From positions 15,919 to 79,918 of the forward strand of contig JAZKJM010000003.1 in assembly GCA_040384265.1 (NCBI GenBank): a DNA stretch of 64,000 nucleotides. Direction: 5' to 3'. The translations under genes were made by a program, and so were the position numbers. The notes under the pieces were generated by a model. The model saw nothing but the letters and a program-made list of their open reading frames with translations. It was not told the DNA's origin and did not search any database. This DNA is from Pseudomonadota bacterium (GTDB lineage Bacteria; Pseudomonadota; Alphaproteobacteria; Rickettsiales; UBA3002). Below are positions 33,523-43,314 of the stretch, in pieces (position 1 is the stretch's first letter; each line of letters starts with the position of its first letter).

Positions 33523-34098
33523 ATGATCAGCAACCGCACCGTCGCGCTTCAGCTTACCGGCATTGTGCTGGGCATGCTCATGTTGGCCTATGCCTCTGTG
33601 CCGCTTTACCGCCTGTTCTGCCAGGTCACGGGCTTTGGTGGCACCAGTCAGCGCGTTGCCGTCAACCGCACCACGCCTAACGCCCGCACCATCACCGTCA
33701 GCTTCGATGCCAACACCGACCAGCGGTTGCCATGGAAATTCGTGCCGGTGGAGAAATCCGTCACCGTGCATCTGGGTGAAAACCGCCTCGTCGCCTTCCG
33801 CGCCACTAACGAATCCGGCGTCGCCACCAAAGGCAGCGCCACCTACAACGTGACCCCCTTCGCGGCAGGCCGCTATTTCAACAAAATCCAGTGCTTCTGC
33901 TTTCAGGAGCAGCATCTCGCGCCGCATGCCAGCGCCAACCTACCTGTGTCATTTTTCATCGACCCCGCCATCCTCGACGACCCCGACCTGCGCGATGTGG
34001 CAAATATTACTTTATCTTACACGTTTTTTAGCTATGAAAGTGCTAACAAATCGAAGTTTACGGCGGAAACTCCGCCTTCTAACGAGGTATCAAAATGA
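33523..34098 (+). CDS. ctaG: Cytochrome c oxidase assembly protein CtaG/Cox11
   Basis: N-terminal TM, VPLYRLFCQVTGFGGT, and the copper motif KIQCFCFQEQ. Confidence 0.93.
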   Translation: MISNRTVALQLTGIVLGMLMLAYASVPLYRLFCQVTGFGGTSQRVAVNRTTPNARTITVSFDANTDQRLPWKFVPVEKSVTVHLGENRLVAFRATNESGVATKGSATYNVTPFAAGRYFNKIQCFCFQEQHLAPHASANLPVSFFIDPAILDDPDLRDVANITLSYTFFSYESANKSKFTAETPPSNEVSK

Positions 34099-34910
34099 GC
34101 GCAAAAGTCACCCATCCATACCATCTCGTGAACCCAAGCCCATGGCCGATCCTGATGGCGTTTTCCATCCTGGCATTCGTGCTTGGTGGCGCGTTTTCGC
34201 TGCATCATGAGCCGATCGGGCCGTTCCTTGCCTTTGCCGGGTTTGCCGCCATCGTCGCCGTCTGCTTCTTCTGGTGGCGCGATGTGATCCGCGAGGGCCT
34301 GCACGACCACGCCCACACCGAAAAAGTCCGCCTCGGCCTGCGCTACGGCATGGTGCTGTTCATCTGCTCGGAGGTGATGTTCTTCGTTGCCTTCTTCTGG
34401 GCCTATTTCGATGCGGCCTTCTTCCCCAAGCTGCCGCTGACCGACCTGTGGGCGATCAAAGAAGGCGTCTGGCCACCGGCGAACATCATCCCCTTCAACC
34501 CGTTCGACCTGCCGCTGCTGAACACGCTGCTGCTGCTACTGTCGGGCACCACCGTCACCTGGGCGCACCATTCCCTGCTCGAAGGCAACACCCGCGATGT
34601 GATCCGCGGCCTTGCCTGCACCGTGGTGCTGGGCGTGCTGTTCACCTGCTGCCAGGCGCTGGAATACAGCCACGCCGCCTTCGGCCTGAAAGACGGCAAA
34701 TACGCCGCCACCTTCTTCCTCGCCACCGGCTTCCACGGGCTGCATGTGATGATCGGCACCGCCTTCCTCGCCGTCTGCCTGGTGCGCGCCCGCCGTGGTA
34801 CGCTGACCGTCAAAGGCCATCTGGGCTTCGAGTTCGCCGCCTGGTATTGGCACTTTGTCGATGTGGTCTGGCTGTTCCTCTTCGTCGGCATTTACTGGGT
34901 GACGTCATAG
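34095..34910 (+). CDS. ctaE: Cytochrome c oxidase subunit III
   Basis: HPYHLVNPSPWP N-terminus. 7-TM profile. FYWHFVDVVWLFLF C-terminal signature. Overlaps the ctaG stop by 4 nt. Confidence 0.95.
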   Translation: MSAKVTHPYHLVNPSPWPILMAFSILAFVLGGAFSLHHEPIGPFLAFAGFAAIVAVCFFWWRDVIREGLHDHAHTEKVRLGLRYGMVLFICSEVMFFVAFFWAYFDAAFFPKLPLTDLWAIKEGVWPPANIIPFNPFDLPLLNTLLLLLSGTTVTWAHHSLLEGNTRDVIRGLACTVVLGVLFTCCQALEYSHAAFGLKDGKYAATFFLATGFHGLHVMIGTAFLAVCLVRARRGTLTVKGHLGFEFAAWYWHFVDVVWLFLFVGIYWVTS

Positions 34911-34915
34911 GCCCC

Positions 34916-35272
34916 GTGCGCAGCCTGTTCACGCAGCTGCGGCAGCCCCGCTGCCCGCGTTGCGGCGAAGGCAAACTCTATAAAGACATGCTCGGCATTG
35001 TGGATGCCTGCAGCCACTGCCAGCTGACCCTTAAACACCACGACGCGGCCGATGGGCCGACCTTTTTCGCACTCATCATCGTCGGGCTGCTGGTCATCCT
35101 CGCCGCCGCGTTTGTCGAAAACCATTACGAGCCCGCCTTGTGGATCCATGCTGCGCTTTGGATCCCCTTTACCTTCATCGCCAGCGTTGTGGTCTTGCGC
35201 TTGTTCAAAACCGGGCTTATCACCATCGAGTACCGCCTCGCGCTTTTGAAAGAGAACACGCCCCATGAGTAA
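34916..35272 (+). CDS. DUF983-like small membrane zinc-ribbon protein
   Basis: CPRCGEGKL...CSHCQL zinc ribbon followed by two TM helices. This is the usual neighbour of ctaE in alphaproteobacteria. Only the 3' third of the listed ORF 34274-35272 is taken, with a GTG start at 34916. Confidence 0.7.
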   Translation: MRSLFTQLRQPRCPRCGEGKLYKDMLGIVDACSHCQLTLKHHDAADGPTFFALIIVGLLVILAAAFVENHYEPALWIHAALWIPFTFIASVVVLRLFKTGLITIEYRLALLKENTPHE

Positions 35273-35981
35273 CCTCGCCGCCCACTTCAACCGCCCGCGC
35301 CCTGTGCCGCTGCTGATGTCCATCGTCTTTTTTGGCGTCTGCGTGGCGGCGGGCAGCTGGCAGCTCGATCGCCTGCGCTGGAAAGAGCAGCTGATCGCCG
35401 ATGTCGCGAGCGCCCACGAAAAACCACCGCTGACCGCGCTACCGGCGGATGACGCCGCCCTTAGCACCATGCAATTCGCCAATGTCACCCTGCGCGGCAC
35501 CTGGGTGCCGGGGGTCGAGTTCCACCTCGCCCCGCGCTATTGGCGCGACCAGTTCGGCTACGCCCTCATCAGCCCCTTCAAACTGGCCGATGGCCGCCTG
35601 CTGCTGGTCAATCGCGGCTGGGTGCCCGGCACCATGAAACTCGCCGAAAAACGCCCTACCACCGCCGTCAAAGGCCCGGCCACCATCCGCGGCATGGTCC
35701 GCGTCGGCCCCGAGCGCGGCACCTTCACCCCCGTCAGCCAACCGGAAAAAAACATCTGGTTCGGCCGCGACATCGCCGATATGGCCGCACACGCCAACCT
35801 CAAAAACGTGATGCCAGTCATGGTCGACCTCGTCGGCACCCAGGACATCAAGCACCTGCCCATCCCGTCGGACGGCACCATCCGCCTGCGCAACGACCAT
35901 CTGGGCTACGTCTTCACCTGGTGGGGCATCGCCCTCGGAATTCTCGTGATTTTTGTGACGTATCATCATAAAAAGCGCTGA
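35265..35981 (+). CDS. SURF1-family cytochrome oxidase biogenesis protein
   Basis: N-terminal TM plus GSWQLDRLRWKEQLI, LLVNRGWVP, and a C-terminal TM (GYVFTWWGIALGILVIF). Overlaps neighbouring genes at both ends. Confidence 0.85.
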   Translation: MSNLAAHFNRPRPVPLLMSIVFFGVCVAAGSWQLDRLRWKEQLIADVASAHEKPPLTALPADDAALSTMQFANVTLRGTWVPGVEFHLAPRYWRDQFGYALISPFKLADGRLLLVNRGWVPGTMKLAEKRPTTAVKGPATIRGMVRVGPERGTFTPVSQPEKNIWFGRDIADMAAHANLKNVMPVMVDLVGTQDIKHLPIPSDGTIRLRNDHLGYVFTWWGIALGILVIFVTYHHKKR

Positions 35982-37372
35982 TGCATTACATCTCCACACG
36001 CGGCACGGCCGCACCGGTTGATTTCAAAGGCGCACTGCTGGCGGGGCTGGCGAGCGATGGCGGGCTGTATGTGCCCGAGTCCATCCCCCAATTCTCGCCC
36101 GCCAAAATCGCCAGCCTCGCCGGGCTGAGCTACCCCGACCTCGCGCTTGAAATCATGATGCCGTTTGTCGAAAGCAGCTTCGCGCGCGCTGACATGAAGC
36201 GCATGATCGACGCCGCCTATAGCAGCTTCCGCCACAGCGCCATCGCCCCGCTGACCCAGCTCGCGCCGGATCATTTCGTGCTCGAGCTGTTCCACGGCCC
36301 AACGCTTGCCTTCAAGGATTTCGCCCTCCAGCTGCTCGGCCACCTGCTCGAAGCGGCGCTGGCGGATGCGGGCGAAAAAGCGGTCGTGCTCGGCGCCACC
36401 TCGGGCGATACCGGCTCTGCCGCCATCGCCGGCTGCATGGGCCGCAGCAATATCGATATCGTCATCCTCTACCCGCATGGCCGCACCTCGGATGTGCAGC
36501 GCCGCCAGATGACCACCCTCAACGCCCGCAACATCCACGCCCTCGCAGTGGATGGCACGTTCGACGATTGCCAGGACATGGTGAAAACCCTGTTCACGGA
36601 TGCCGCGTTCCGCCAGAGCCACAAGCTGTTGGCGGTCAATTCCATCAATTTCGCGCGGGTGCTGGCGCAGGTGGTCTATTATTTCTATGCCGCGCTCAAC
36701 CTCGGCAGCCCGGCCCGCCGCCTCAATTTCAGCGTGCCCACCGGCAATTTCGGCGATATTTATGCGGGCTACCTTGCCCGCGCCATGGGCCTGCCCATCG
36801 GCACGCTGCTCATCGCCACCAATAGCAACGACATCCTCGCCCGCGCGCTGGCCACCGGCACCTACCGGATGAACGGCGTGCAGCCCACCCATTCGCCGAG
36901 CATGGACATCGAAATATCCAGCAATTTCGAGCGCTTGCTGTTCGACCTGTTCGCCCGCGACGGCGCCGCCCTTGGCACGGCGATGACCGCCTTCCGCACC
37001 ACGCGGCAACTGGCCCTCACCGCCAGCCAGCACGCAGATTTTAACGCCATCTTCGCCGCCCACGCGGTGAGCGATGCGGCCACCATTGCCACCATCCGCA
37101 CTACTTATGCCGCCACCGGCTACCTGCTCGACCCGCACACCGCCGTCGGCGTCGCCGCCACGCAGGCAAAAAAGCTGCCCGGCACCACCGTCACCCTGGC
37201 CACCGCCCACCCCGCCAAATTCCCCGAATCCGTGCGCGAAGCCACCGGCCTCACCCCGCCGCTGCCCCCCCATCTGGCCGATCTCTACGAGCGTCCGGAA
37301 GTCATCACCCCCCTTGCGCACGACGTGGATGCCCTAAAAACCTTCATCGGCAATGTCACAAAAGCTTCATAA
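35981..37372 (+). CDS. thrC: Threonine synthase
   Basis: MHYISTRG start. FHGPTLAFKDFA PLP-lysine motif. 463 aa. The start overlaps the SURF1 stop (TGATG). Confidence 0.95.
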   Translation: MHYISTRGTAAPVDFKGALLAGLASDGGLYVPESIPQFSPAKIASLAGLSYPDLALEIMMPFVESSFARADMKRMIDAAYSSFRHSAIAPLTQLAPDHFVLELFHGPTLAFKDFALQLLGHLLEAALADAGEKAVVLGATSGDTGSAAIAGCMGRSNIDIVILYPHGRTSDVQRRQMTTLNARNIHALAVDGTFDDCQDMVKTLFTDAAFRQSHKLLAVNSINFARVLAQVVYYFYAALNLGSPARRLNFSVPTGNFGDIYAGYLARAMGLPIGTLLIATNSNDILARALATGTYRMNGVQPTHSPSMDIEISSNFERLLFDLFARDGAALGTAMTAFRTTRQLALTASQHADFNAIFAAHAVSDAATIATIRTTYAATGYLLDPHTAVGVAATQAKKLPGTTVTLATAHPAKFPESVREATGLTPPLPPHLADLYERPEVITPLAHDVDALKTFIGNVTKAS

Positions 37373-37429
37373 AACTTGCATGATTAGCTGTTAGAAGCCC
37401 TCCATCACATTTCTTTTATGGAGACTCGC

Positions 37430-38143
37430 ATGACTGACACGAAAATCTATTCTGTTCCCGGCAGCACCCAACGCGTTATCGTCCATCCCGGCGGCAAAGT
37501 GGGCGGCGACATCATCATCAACGGACAACGAGCAACGCTTCAGGGTCAAGACACGCCTGCTGCGCCGCGCCCTTCATTCGCACCAGCGGATGCAGACTGC
37601 CCAAATAATTACGGGAACAGCGTCAAATCTCAGAGCATTGAGTCGAGATTCCCAAGCTTTGCATCTAAGTCGCAGAACCCCATCTTCAATCAGACGCCCC
37701 TAGCGAATCCGCCATTGGGCAGCGTCATGCTGGGCCGCGGGAAGCCAGATTGCAACACCGCGCCATCCGGGTCTGCTCCATTTACGTACACGCCCCCTGC
37801 GGCACCGCAACCCGCGCCGGCACAAAAAGCGGCGCCTGCAGCACCCGTGGTGGCCAAACCATCGGCACCCAGCAAAGAAGAGATGTGCATAAAGGCCACG
37901 GCCGTCCATATTGATGCTCCTCTTGGTGACCGCATGGTATTGGAGAATCGCTTCACTGCCTGCATGAACCTCTCCGCGGATGCCATTATGGCGTTGCACA
38001 ACCAGTGCAAAGCAGAGTCCACCGCAGCAACCAGCGAAACCGTTTTGGCTGACATTGCGGGTAACAGTCGGTCGCTTTTCTCTTCACCATACGTGCACTG
38101 CATGCGGGATAAGGGGAAACTGAGCGAGCCCCGCACCCGTTAA
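37430..38143 (+). CDS. Hypothetical protein (237 aa): Pro/Ala-rich centre and a four-Cys C-terminal region
   Basis: GGAGA 7 nt upstream of ATG 37430 (ATG 37418 is also possible). No signal peptide or motif recognised. A sampled line gives about 48% G+C. Confidence 0.5.
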   Translation: MTDTKIYSVPGSTQRVIVHPGGKVGGDIIINGQRATLQGQDTPAAPRPSFAPADADCPNNYGNSVKSQSIESRFPSFASKSQNPIFNQTPLANPPLGSVMLGRGKPDCNTAPSGSAPFTYTPPAAPQPAPAQKAAPAAPVVAKPSAPSKEEMCIKATAVHIDAPLGDRMVLENRFTACMNLSADAIMALHNQCKAESTAATSETVLADIAGNSRSLFSSPYVHCMRDKGKLSEPRTR

Positions 38144-38186
38144 TTCAACGTGACGCGCCCGGTTGCATAGGATACAAGCCTTTCCC

Positions 38187-39449
38187 ATGACCTACACGCT
38201 CGATACCCTCCCCAACGGCCTGCGCGTCGCCAGCGAAGTGCTTGCCGATTCGCACAGCGCCGCTTTTGCCATCGCGGTGGATGTCGGCGCGCGCCACGAG
38301 GAGCTGGACGAGGGCGGCCTGTCGCACATGCTCGAACATATGGCATTCAAGGGCACCAGCAAACTCAACGCCCGCGAGATTGCCGAGGCGTTCGATCTGA
38401 TGGGCGGCAACGTCAACGCCTATACCAGCCACGAGCACACGGTCTATTACGCCAAAGTGCTCAAGGAATATGCGCCCGACGCCCTGCGCCTGCTGTGCGA
38501 AATCGTCTCCGACTTCGCCTTCGACCAGAGCGAGCTGGAGCGCGAACGGCAGGTGATTTTGCAGGAAATCGCCATGCACCACGATACGCCCGATGACCTG
38601 GTCTTCGACCTCGCGCAGGAAATGGCCTATAGCGACCAGCCGCTTGGCCGCAGCATCCTCGGCCTGCCCGAGCGCGTCGCCAGCTTCAGCCGCGAGGATC
38701 TGATCGCCTACACGCGCAAACATTACCAGCCCGCCCGCCTCGTACTCAGCGGCGCCGGCGCGGTGGATCATGCGGTGATGCTCGCCACCGCCACCGAATT
38801 TTTCGGCGCGCAGGAAAACACCATCGCCAAGCCCAAAACCCCGCAAGCCACCTACGAAGGCGGCGAAAAAACGCTGGAGAAAGAGCTGGAGCAAGTGCAG
38901 CTCGTGCTTAGTTTCCCTGGCCTCTCCACCAGCCATGACGACTATTACGCGCTGCAAATCTTCGCCACCATCCTTGGCGGCGGCATGTCGTCGCGCCTGT
39001 TCCAGGAAATCCGCGAGAAGCGCGGCCTCGCCTATTCCGTCTCCGCCTATGCTTCGGGCTATCAGGATACCGGCGTGCTCGGCATTTATGCGGGCACCAC
39101 GGTCGAGCATCTGGCCGAGCTGACGGTGGGGCTGAAGCAGGTGCTTGCCGCCATGCGCGACGGCGTCAGCGACGCCGAGCTGCTGCGCGCCAAAAACCAG
39201 ATGAAAGCGGGCGTGGTGATGACCCGCGAAAACTGCAGCTCCATCGCCGAATGGATCGCCCGCCACCTGCATATCTACGGCTATTACCGCACTGCCCAGA
39301 CCCTGCTCGACCAGATCGACGGCGTCACCGCTGCCGACATGGTGCGCATGGCCGAGCTGTGCCTGTCCACCACCCGCCCGACCGTCGCCGCGCTCGGCCC
39401 CATCGGCAGCGTGAACGATGCCGGGCTCAGCAGCAAGCTTGCGGCGTGA
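38187..39449 (+). CDS. M16-family zinc peptidase (pitrilysin/processing-peptidase-like)
   Basis: Inverted zinc motif HMLEHMAFKGT (HxxEH) plus a downstream Glu. About 420 aa. ATG 38187 is preferred to TTG 38163. Confidence 0.9.
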   Translation: MTYTLDTLPNGLRVASEVLADSHSAAFAIAVDVGARHEELDEGGLSHMLEHMAFKGTSKLNAREIAEAFDLMGGNVNAYTSHEHTVYYAKVLKEYAPDALRLLCEIVSDFAFDQSELERERQVILQEIAMHHDTPDDLVFDLAQEMAYSDQPLGRSILGLPERVASFSREDLIAYTRKHYQPARLVLSGAGAVDHAVMLATATEFFGAQENTIAKPKTPQATYEGGEKTLEKELEQVQLVLSFPGLSTSHDDYYALQIFATILGGGMSSRLFQEIREKRGLAYSVSAYASGYQDTGVLGIYAGTTVEHLAELTVGLKQVLAAMRDGVSDAELLRAKNQMKAGVVMTRENCSSIAEWIARHLHIYGYYRTAQTLLDQIDGVTAADMVRMAELCLSTTRPTVAALGPIGSVNDAGLSSKLAA

Positions 39450-40459
39450 GCGATTCCCACACCGTCACTATCGACGAGGCCGAACTCGGCCAGCGCCTCG
39501 ATAAAACCCTCGCCCGCGCCCTGCCGGATGTGAGCCGCGCCCGGCTGCAAGCCCTCATCGAAGGCGGCGCGGTGATGCGCGACGGCGCGCCCTGCACCAA
39601 CTCCGCCACCAAGGTCAAACCCGGCGAGACCTACGCGCTGCGCATCCCCACCGTCACCGCGCTCGACCTCACCCCGTCGGCCATCGCCCTCAACGTGGTG
39701 TATGAGGACGACGACATCATCATCATCAACAAACCCGCGGGCATGACCGTCCACCCCGCTGCGGGCACCCGTGGTGACACGCTGGTGCATGCGCTGCTTG
39801 GCCATTGCGGCGGCACCTTGTCGGGCATTGGCGGCGTCGCCCGTCCCGGCATCGTCCACCGTATCGATAAGGAAACCTCGGGCCTGCTCGCCGTCGCCAA
39901 GCATGATTTCGCGCATGCCCATTTGTCGGCGCAGCTCAAGGCGCGCACCCTCAAGCGCACCTACATTGCCTATCTCTGGGGCGCGCTCACCCCGCGCAAC
40001 GGCACGATCGACGCGCCGATCGCCCGCAACACCCGCCACCGCCGCCAGATGGGCGTATTCGAAGGCGGGCGCGATTCCGTCACCCATTACGACACCATCG
40101 CCACCTACCATGCGGCGGGCAACATCACCCCGCTGGCAACCAAAGTCATGGTAGAACTCGAAACCGGCCGCACCCACCAGATCCGCGTCCATATGACCCA
40201 CGCCAAATGCCCGCTCATCGGCGACCCTATTTACGGCATGTCCACCGCCGCCAAACTGAACCGCGTGCGCTCGGGTGGGTTGACCCTGCCGGAGCCCGTG
40301 ATTGCCACATTAAATCTTCTTCATCGTCAGGCGTTGCATGCGCAGGAGCTGGTACTAACCCACCCAAAAACCAACGAATCCATGCATTTCACCTGCCCCC
40401 TGCCGGATGACCTGACGGCCCTTGAAACCGCCCTCGATTCCTTGACAATTCGGGCATAA
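39446..40459 (+). CDS. rluD: RluA/RluD-family 23S rRNA pseudouridine synthase
   Basis: S4-like N-terminal domain (RLDKTLARAL). Catalytic HRIDKETSGLLAVAK. HQIRVH. GTG 39446 overlaps the upstream TGA; the 195-nt upstream extension of the listed ORF is rejected. Confidence 0.88.
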   Translation: MSDSHTVTIDEAELGQRLDKTLARALPDVSRARLQALIEGGAVMRDGAPCTNSATKVKPGETYALRIPTVTALDLTPSAIALNVVYEDDDIIIINKPAGMTVHPAAGTRGDTLVHALLGHCGGTLSGIGGVARPGIVHRIDKETSGLLAVAKHDFAHAHLSAQLKARTLKRTYIAYLWGALTPRNGTIDAPIARNTRHRRQMGVFEGGRDSVTHYDTIATYHAAGNITPLATKVMVELETGRTHQIRVHMTHAKCPLIGDPIYGMSTAAKLNRVRSGGLTLPEPVIATLNLLHRQALHAQELVLTHPKTNESMHFTCPLPDDLTALETALDSLTIRA

Positions 40460-40550
40460 TCGACTACCAATGTGGCAAGAAAACGGTGTGCTGAATCACC
40501 GAAATGGCAAGCCCACACGCGGCCCTTAATGCCGCCCCCAAGGTAGACTT

Positions 40551-41450
40551 ATGGCAGTTTCGAAGCAACGCGCGTTACCGGTGATTTCACCCGATGGTGG
40601 TCTGCGCCGCTACATGCAGGAAATCCAGAAATTCCCCATCCTCGCCCCCGAGGAAGAATACATGCTCGCCAAACGCTGGAGCGAATATGGCGATTACGAC
40701 GCAGCCCACAAGCTCGTCACCAGCCATTTGCGCCTTGTCGCCAAAATCGCCTCGGGTTTCCGTGGCTACGGGCTACCGATGGCCGAACTCATCGCCGAAG
40801 GCAATATCGGGCTGATGCAGGCCGTCAAGAAATTCGAGCCCGAGCGCGGCTTCCGCCTCTCCACCTATGCCATGTGGTGGATCCGCGCCTCGATGCAGGA
40901 ATTCGTGCTGCGTAGCTGGAGCCTTGTCAAAATGGGTACCAGCGCCGCGCAGAAGCGCCTGTTCTTTAACCTGAAAAAAATGCGCAAGCGACTCAAGACG
41001 GTCGATGACGGCAAGACCCTGACGCCCGATGAAATCCGCATTATCGCCACCGAGCTCAACGTCAACGAGCAGGACGTGATCGACATGGACCAGCGCATGG
41101 GCGCGACGGATAAGCACCTCAACGCCCGCGTCGGCAGCGATGGTGAAACCGAGTGGATGGACATGCTCGCCGACACTGCCGACAATCAGGAAACCACCCT
41201 CGCCGAGAGCGAAGACTTCCTGCAGAAACGCGCGCTGATGAATCAGGCGATGGACAGCCTCAACGAACGCGAGCGCGAGATCATCGTCCAGCGCCGCCTC
41301 AACGAGGACGCCATCACCCTCGAAGACCTGTCGAAACGCTACGGCATCAGCCGCGAGCGCGTCCGCCAGATCGAATCGCGGGCGCTGGAGAAGATGACCC
41401 TCTTCGTCATGGAAGCCGCCAAAGCAGCCGCCTTGCCGAAAGCAGCGTAG
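40551..41450 (+). CDS. rpoH: RNA polymerase sigma-32 (heat-shock sigma factor)
   Basis: RpoH box AQKRLFFNLKKMRKRL. Region 2 (GNIGLMQAVKKFEP). Region 4 (YGISRERVRQIESRALEKM). Confidence 0.93.
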   Translation: MAVSKQRALPVISPDGGLRRYMQEIQKFPILAPEEEYMLAKRWSEYGDYDAAHKLVTSHLRLVAKIASGFRGYGLPMAELIAEGNIGLMQAVKKFEPERGFRLSTYAMWWIRASMQEFVLRSWSLVKMGTSAAQKRLFFNLKKMRKRLKTVDDGKTLTPDEIRIIATELNVNEQDVIDMDQRMGATDKHLNARVGSDGETEWMDMLADTADNQETTLAESEDFLQKRALMNQAMDSLNEREREIIVQRRLNEDAITLEDLSKRYGISRERVRQIESRALEKMTLFVMEAAKAAALPKAA

Positions 41451-41516
41451 CCTATCCACTCTTGCTTTCTTGCGCCATAGCCGCATAGTAGTCGCTCATC
41501 CGTACGGAGAGCACGA

Positions 41517-41846
41517 ATGCGACATTTCCTGCGTCTAATCGCCGCCTGCTGCGTGGCCTGCACCGCTACCGCTGCGAGCGCCTGCATGATGTCCGAATCC
41601 GACCGTCAGGAGCTTTTCGCCCGCTATGACAGCGACCATGATGGAAAGCTAACCGCCGCCGAATACAATGCGGGCGAGACGTCGGATATAGCGGACTGGC
41701 TCGCCAAATTTTATCCCTCCATACGCCAGCGCGCGCAGGATAAACGCCAGCACGCGCAGGATAATTTCAAACAGGCCGATGCCGCCGGTCGCGGCTATAT
41801 CACCGTGGAACAATTCCCCCCAGGCCCACCCCAAAAATGTAGCTGA
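41517..41846 (+). CDS. Secreted EF-hand calcium-binding protein (109 aa)
   Basis: GGAGA upstream. Signal peptide. Canonical loop DSDHDGKLTAAE and a second loop-like DAAGRGYITVEQ. Confidence 0.6.
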   Translation: MRHFLRLIAACCVACTATAASACMMSESDRQELFARYDSDHDGKLTAAEYNAGETSDIADWLAKFYPSIRQRAQDKRQHAQDNFKQADAAGRGYITVEQFPPGPPQKCS

Positions 41847-41866
41847 TAACGCAGGCCGCCTAGCCG

Positions 41867-42724
41867 CTACTCAATGAAAATTTCCACCCGCCGGTTCTTC
41901 GGCTCCGGCACGCCATCTGCGGTGGGGATGGCCGGGTCCGTCTCACCGAACGCGAAATATTTCATGATCGTGGCAGGCACCCCGGCTTTGGCGAGTGCCT
42001 CCATCACAAACCGCGCGCGGCGCTCGGAGAGGCTCATGTTATATTCCTCCGTCCCCACCCGGTCGGCATGGCCGTTGATGGCGATGCTGGTGGTTTTATT
42101 GGCTTTCACATAACGCTCCAACTCGGCCACCGCCGCTTGCGCGGAATCCCCCAGCCGGTCGCTATCGAGCGGGAAATAGATGGTGGTGGCGCTGCTATCG
42201 AGCGCATCCGGCGCAGCAACGGGCGGCACCAGCGGGGGCGGTGGTGGCGGGCTGCTATCCACATGCGCTTCCGAAAGCTTGGTCAGCAGGGCGAGAAACA
42301 CTTCGCGCTGCTCGCTGCGCGCGCCCGGCGGCTGGGCTTCCACCCAACGATCATAGGCAACCACGGCAGAGGCGGTCAGTTCCGGCTGGGTGGTTTTATT
42401 GGCTTCAACCGCCGCCAGCAGCTTGGCGCGCAGCTCGGTCAGTTCGCTCAGCGCATCGGCGGGCACATCCCAAAGGGCCGGGTCCTCCGGCACAACAGCC
42501 TGGCCATAGGCAGCCATCAGCCCCTTATCGGCGAAATAGCGCGAATCGCCCCAGTCATAGGCGGTGGCTTTGCTCTCGGCGAATTCCTTGTAATTGGCGG
42601 CAAGGGCGGCCTGATAGGCGTCGCCCGCGGGTTCGGCGGTGCGCAGTTCCTTGAGCGAGCTGGTCGAGTCGCAGCCCACCAGCAACCCACCGATAACAAG
42701 CATTGCGAGCGCAGATTTAAGCAT
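41867..42724 (-). CDS. OmpA/MotB-domain lipoprotein
   Basis: Lipobox LLVGC|DS. C-terminal OmpA-like domain (INGHADRVGTEEYNMSLSERRA...NRRVEIFIE). Confidence 0.85.
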   Translation of the reverse strand: MLKSALAMLVIGGLLVGCDSTSSLKELRTAEPAGDAYQAALAANYKEFAESKATAYDWGDSRYFADKGLMAAYGQAVVPEDPALWDVPADALSELTELRAKLLAAVEANKTTQPELTASAVVAYDRWVEAQPPGARSEQREVFLALLTKLSEAHVDSSPPPPPPLVPPVAAPDALDSSATTIYFPLDSDRLGDSAQAAVAELERYVKANKTTSIAINGHADRVGTEEYNMSLSERRARFVMEALAKAGVPATIMKYFAFGETDPAIPTADGVPEPKNRRVEIFIE

Positions 42725-42868
42725 GGCGACGACCCCCTGAGGCTGATCCCAAACCCATAGCCGATGGGCGACGGGCTTTCAACTGATTCCCCATGCCCCA
42801 TAAAAAACTTGCGCATCCGGGCGGCATCGCTTAATAGCCCCCCAGCTTACAATCCTATGGAGATAATT

Positions 42869-43291
42869 ATGACCGTTCAACGCACGCTCTCGATCCTCAA
42901 ACCCGACGCTACCGAGCGCAACCTGACCGGCGCGATTAACGCGATGTTCGAGGCTGCGGGCCTGCGCATCGTTGCGCAAAAACGCATCCAGCTGAGCCGC
43001 GCACAAGCCGAACAATTCTACATCGTCCATAAAGAGCGCCCCTTCTACGGCGAGCTGGTCGATTACATGATCACTGCACCCGTCGTGGTGCAGGTGCTGG
43101 AACATGAAGACGCCGTCGCCAAAAACCGCGAGCTGATGGGCGCCACCAACCCAGCCAACGCCGAAGCCGGCACCATCCGCAAAACCTTCGCGGAATCCAT
43201 CGAGCGCAACTCGGTGCACGGTTCGGATAGCCTCGAGAACGCCGCTGCCGAGATTGCCTACTTCTTCGCGGGCAGCGAGATCGTTGGCTAG
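42869..43291 (+). CDS. ndk: Nucleoside diphosphate kinase
   Basis: [33 protein letters not shown] (active-site His). 140 aa. GGAGA 8 nt upstream. Confidence 0.95.
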   Translation: MTVQRTLSILKPDATERNLTGAINAMFEAAGLRIVAQKRIQLSRAQAEQFYIVHKERPFYGELVDYMITAPVVVQVLEHEDAVAKNRELMGATNPANAEAGTIRKTFAESIERNSVHGSDSLENAAAEIAYFFAGSEIVG

Positions 43292-43314
43292 ATTATTTAG
43301 CGCCTTCGGCGCGT

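Noticed and set aside
34274-35272. 332-aa ORF spanning most of ctaE in another frame
   Set aside because: Only the last 118 codons (from GTG 34916) look real: a zinc ribbon plus two TM helices, DUF983-like. The upstream part overlaps ctaE and is Arg/Pro/Ala-rich off-frame sequence.
35966-37321. 451-aa ORF antisense to thrC
   Set aside because: It fully overlaps thrC. Gly/Ala/Arg-rich off-frame composition.
38145-40201. Antisense ORFs opposite the M16 peptidase (38145-39272) and rluD (39284-40201), and the 195-nt 5' extension of the rluD ORF (39251-39445)
   Set aside because: They overlap genes with clear catalytic motifs. The rluD extension overlaps the peptidase 3' end and is Arg/Pro-rich, and a GTG start overlapping the peptidase stop gives a normal-length RluD.
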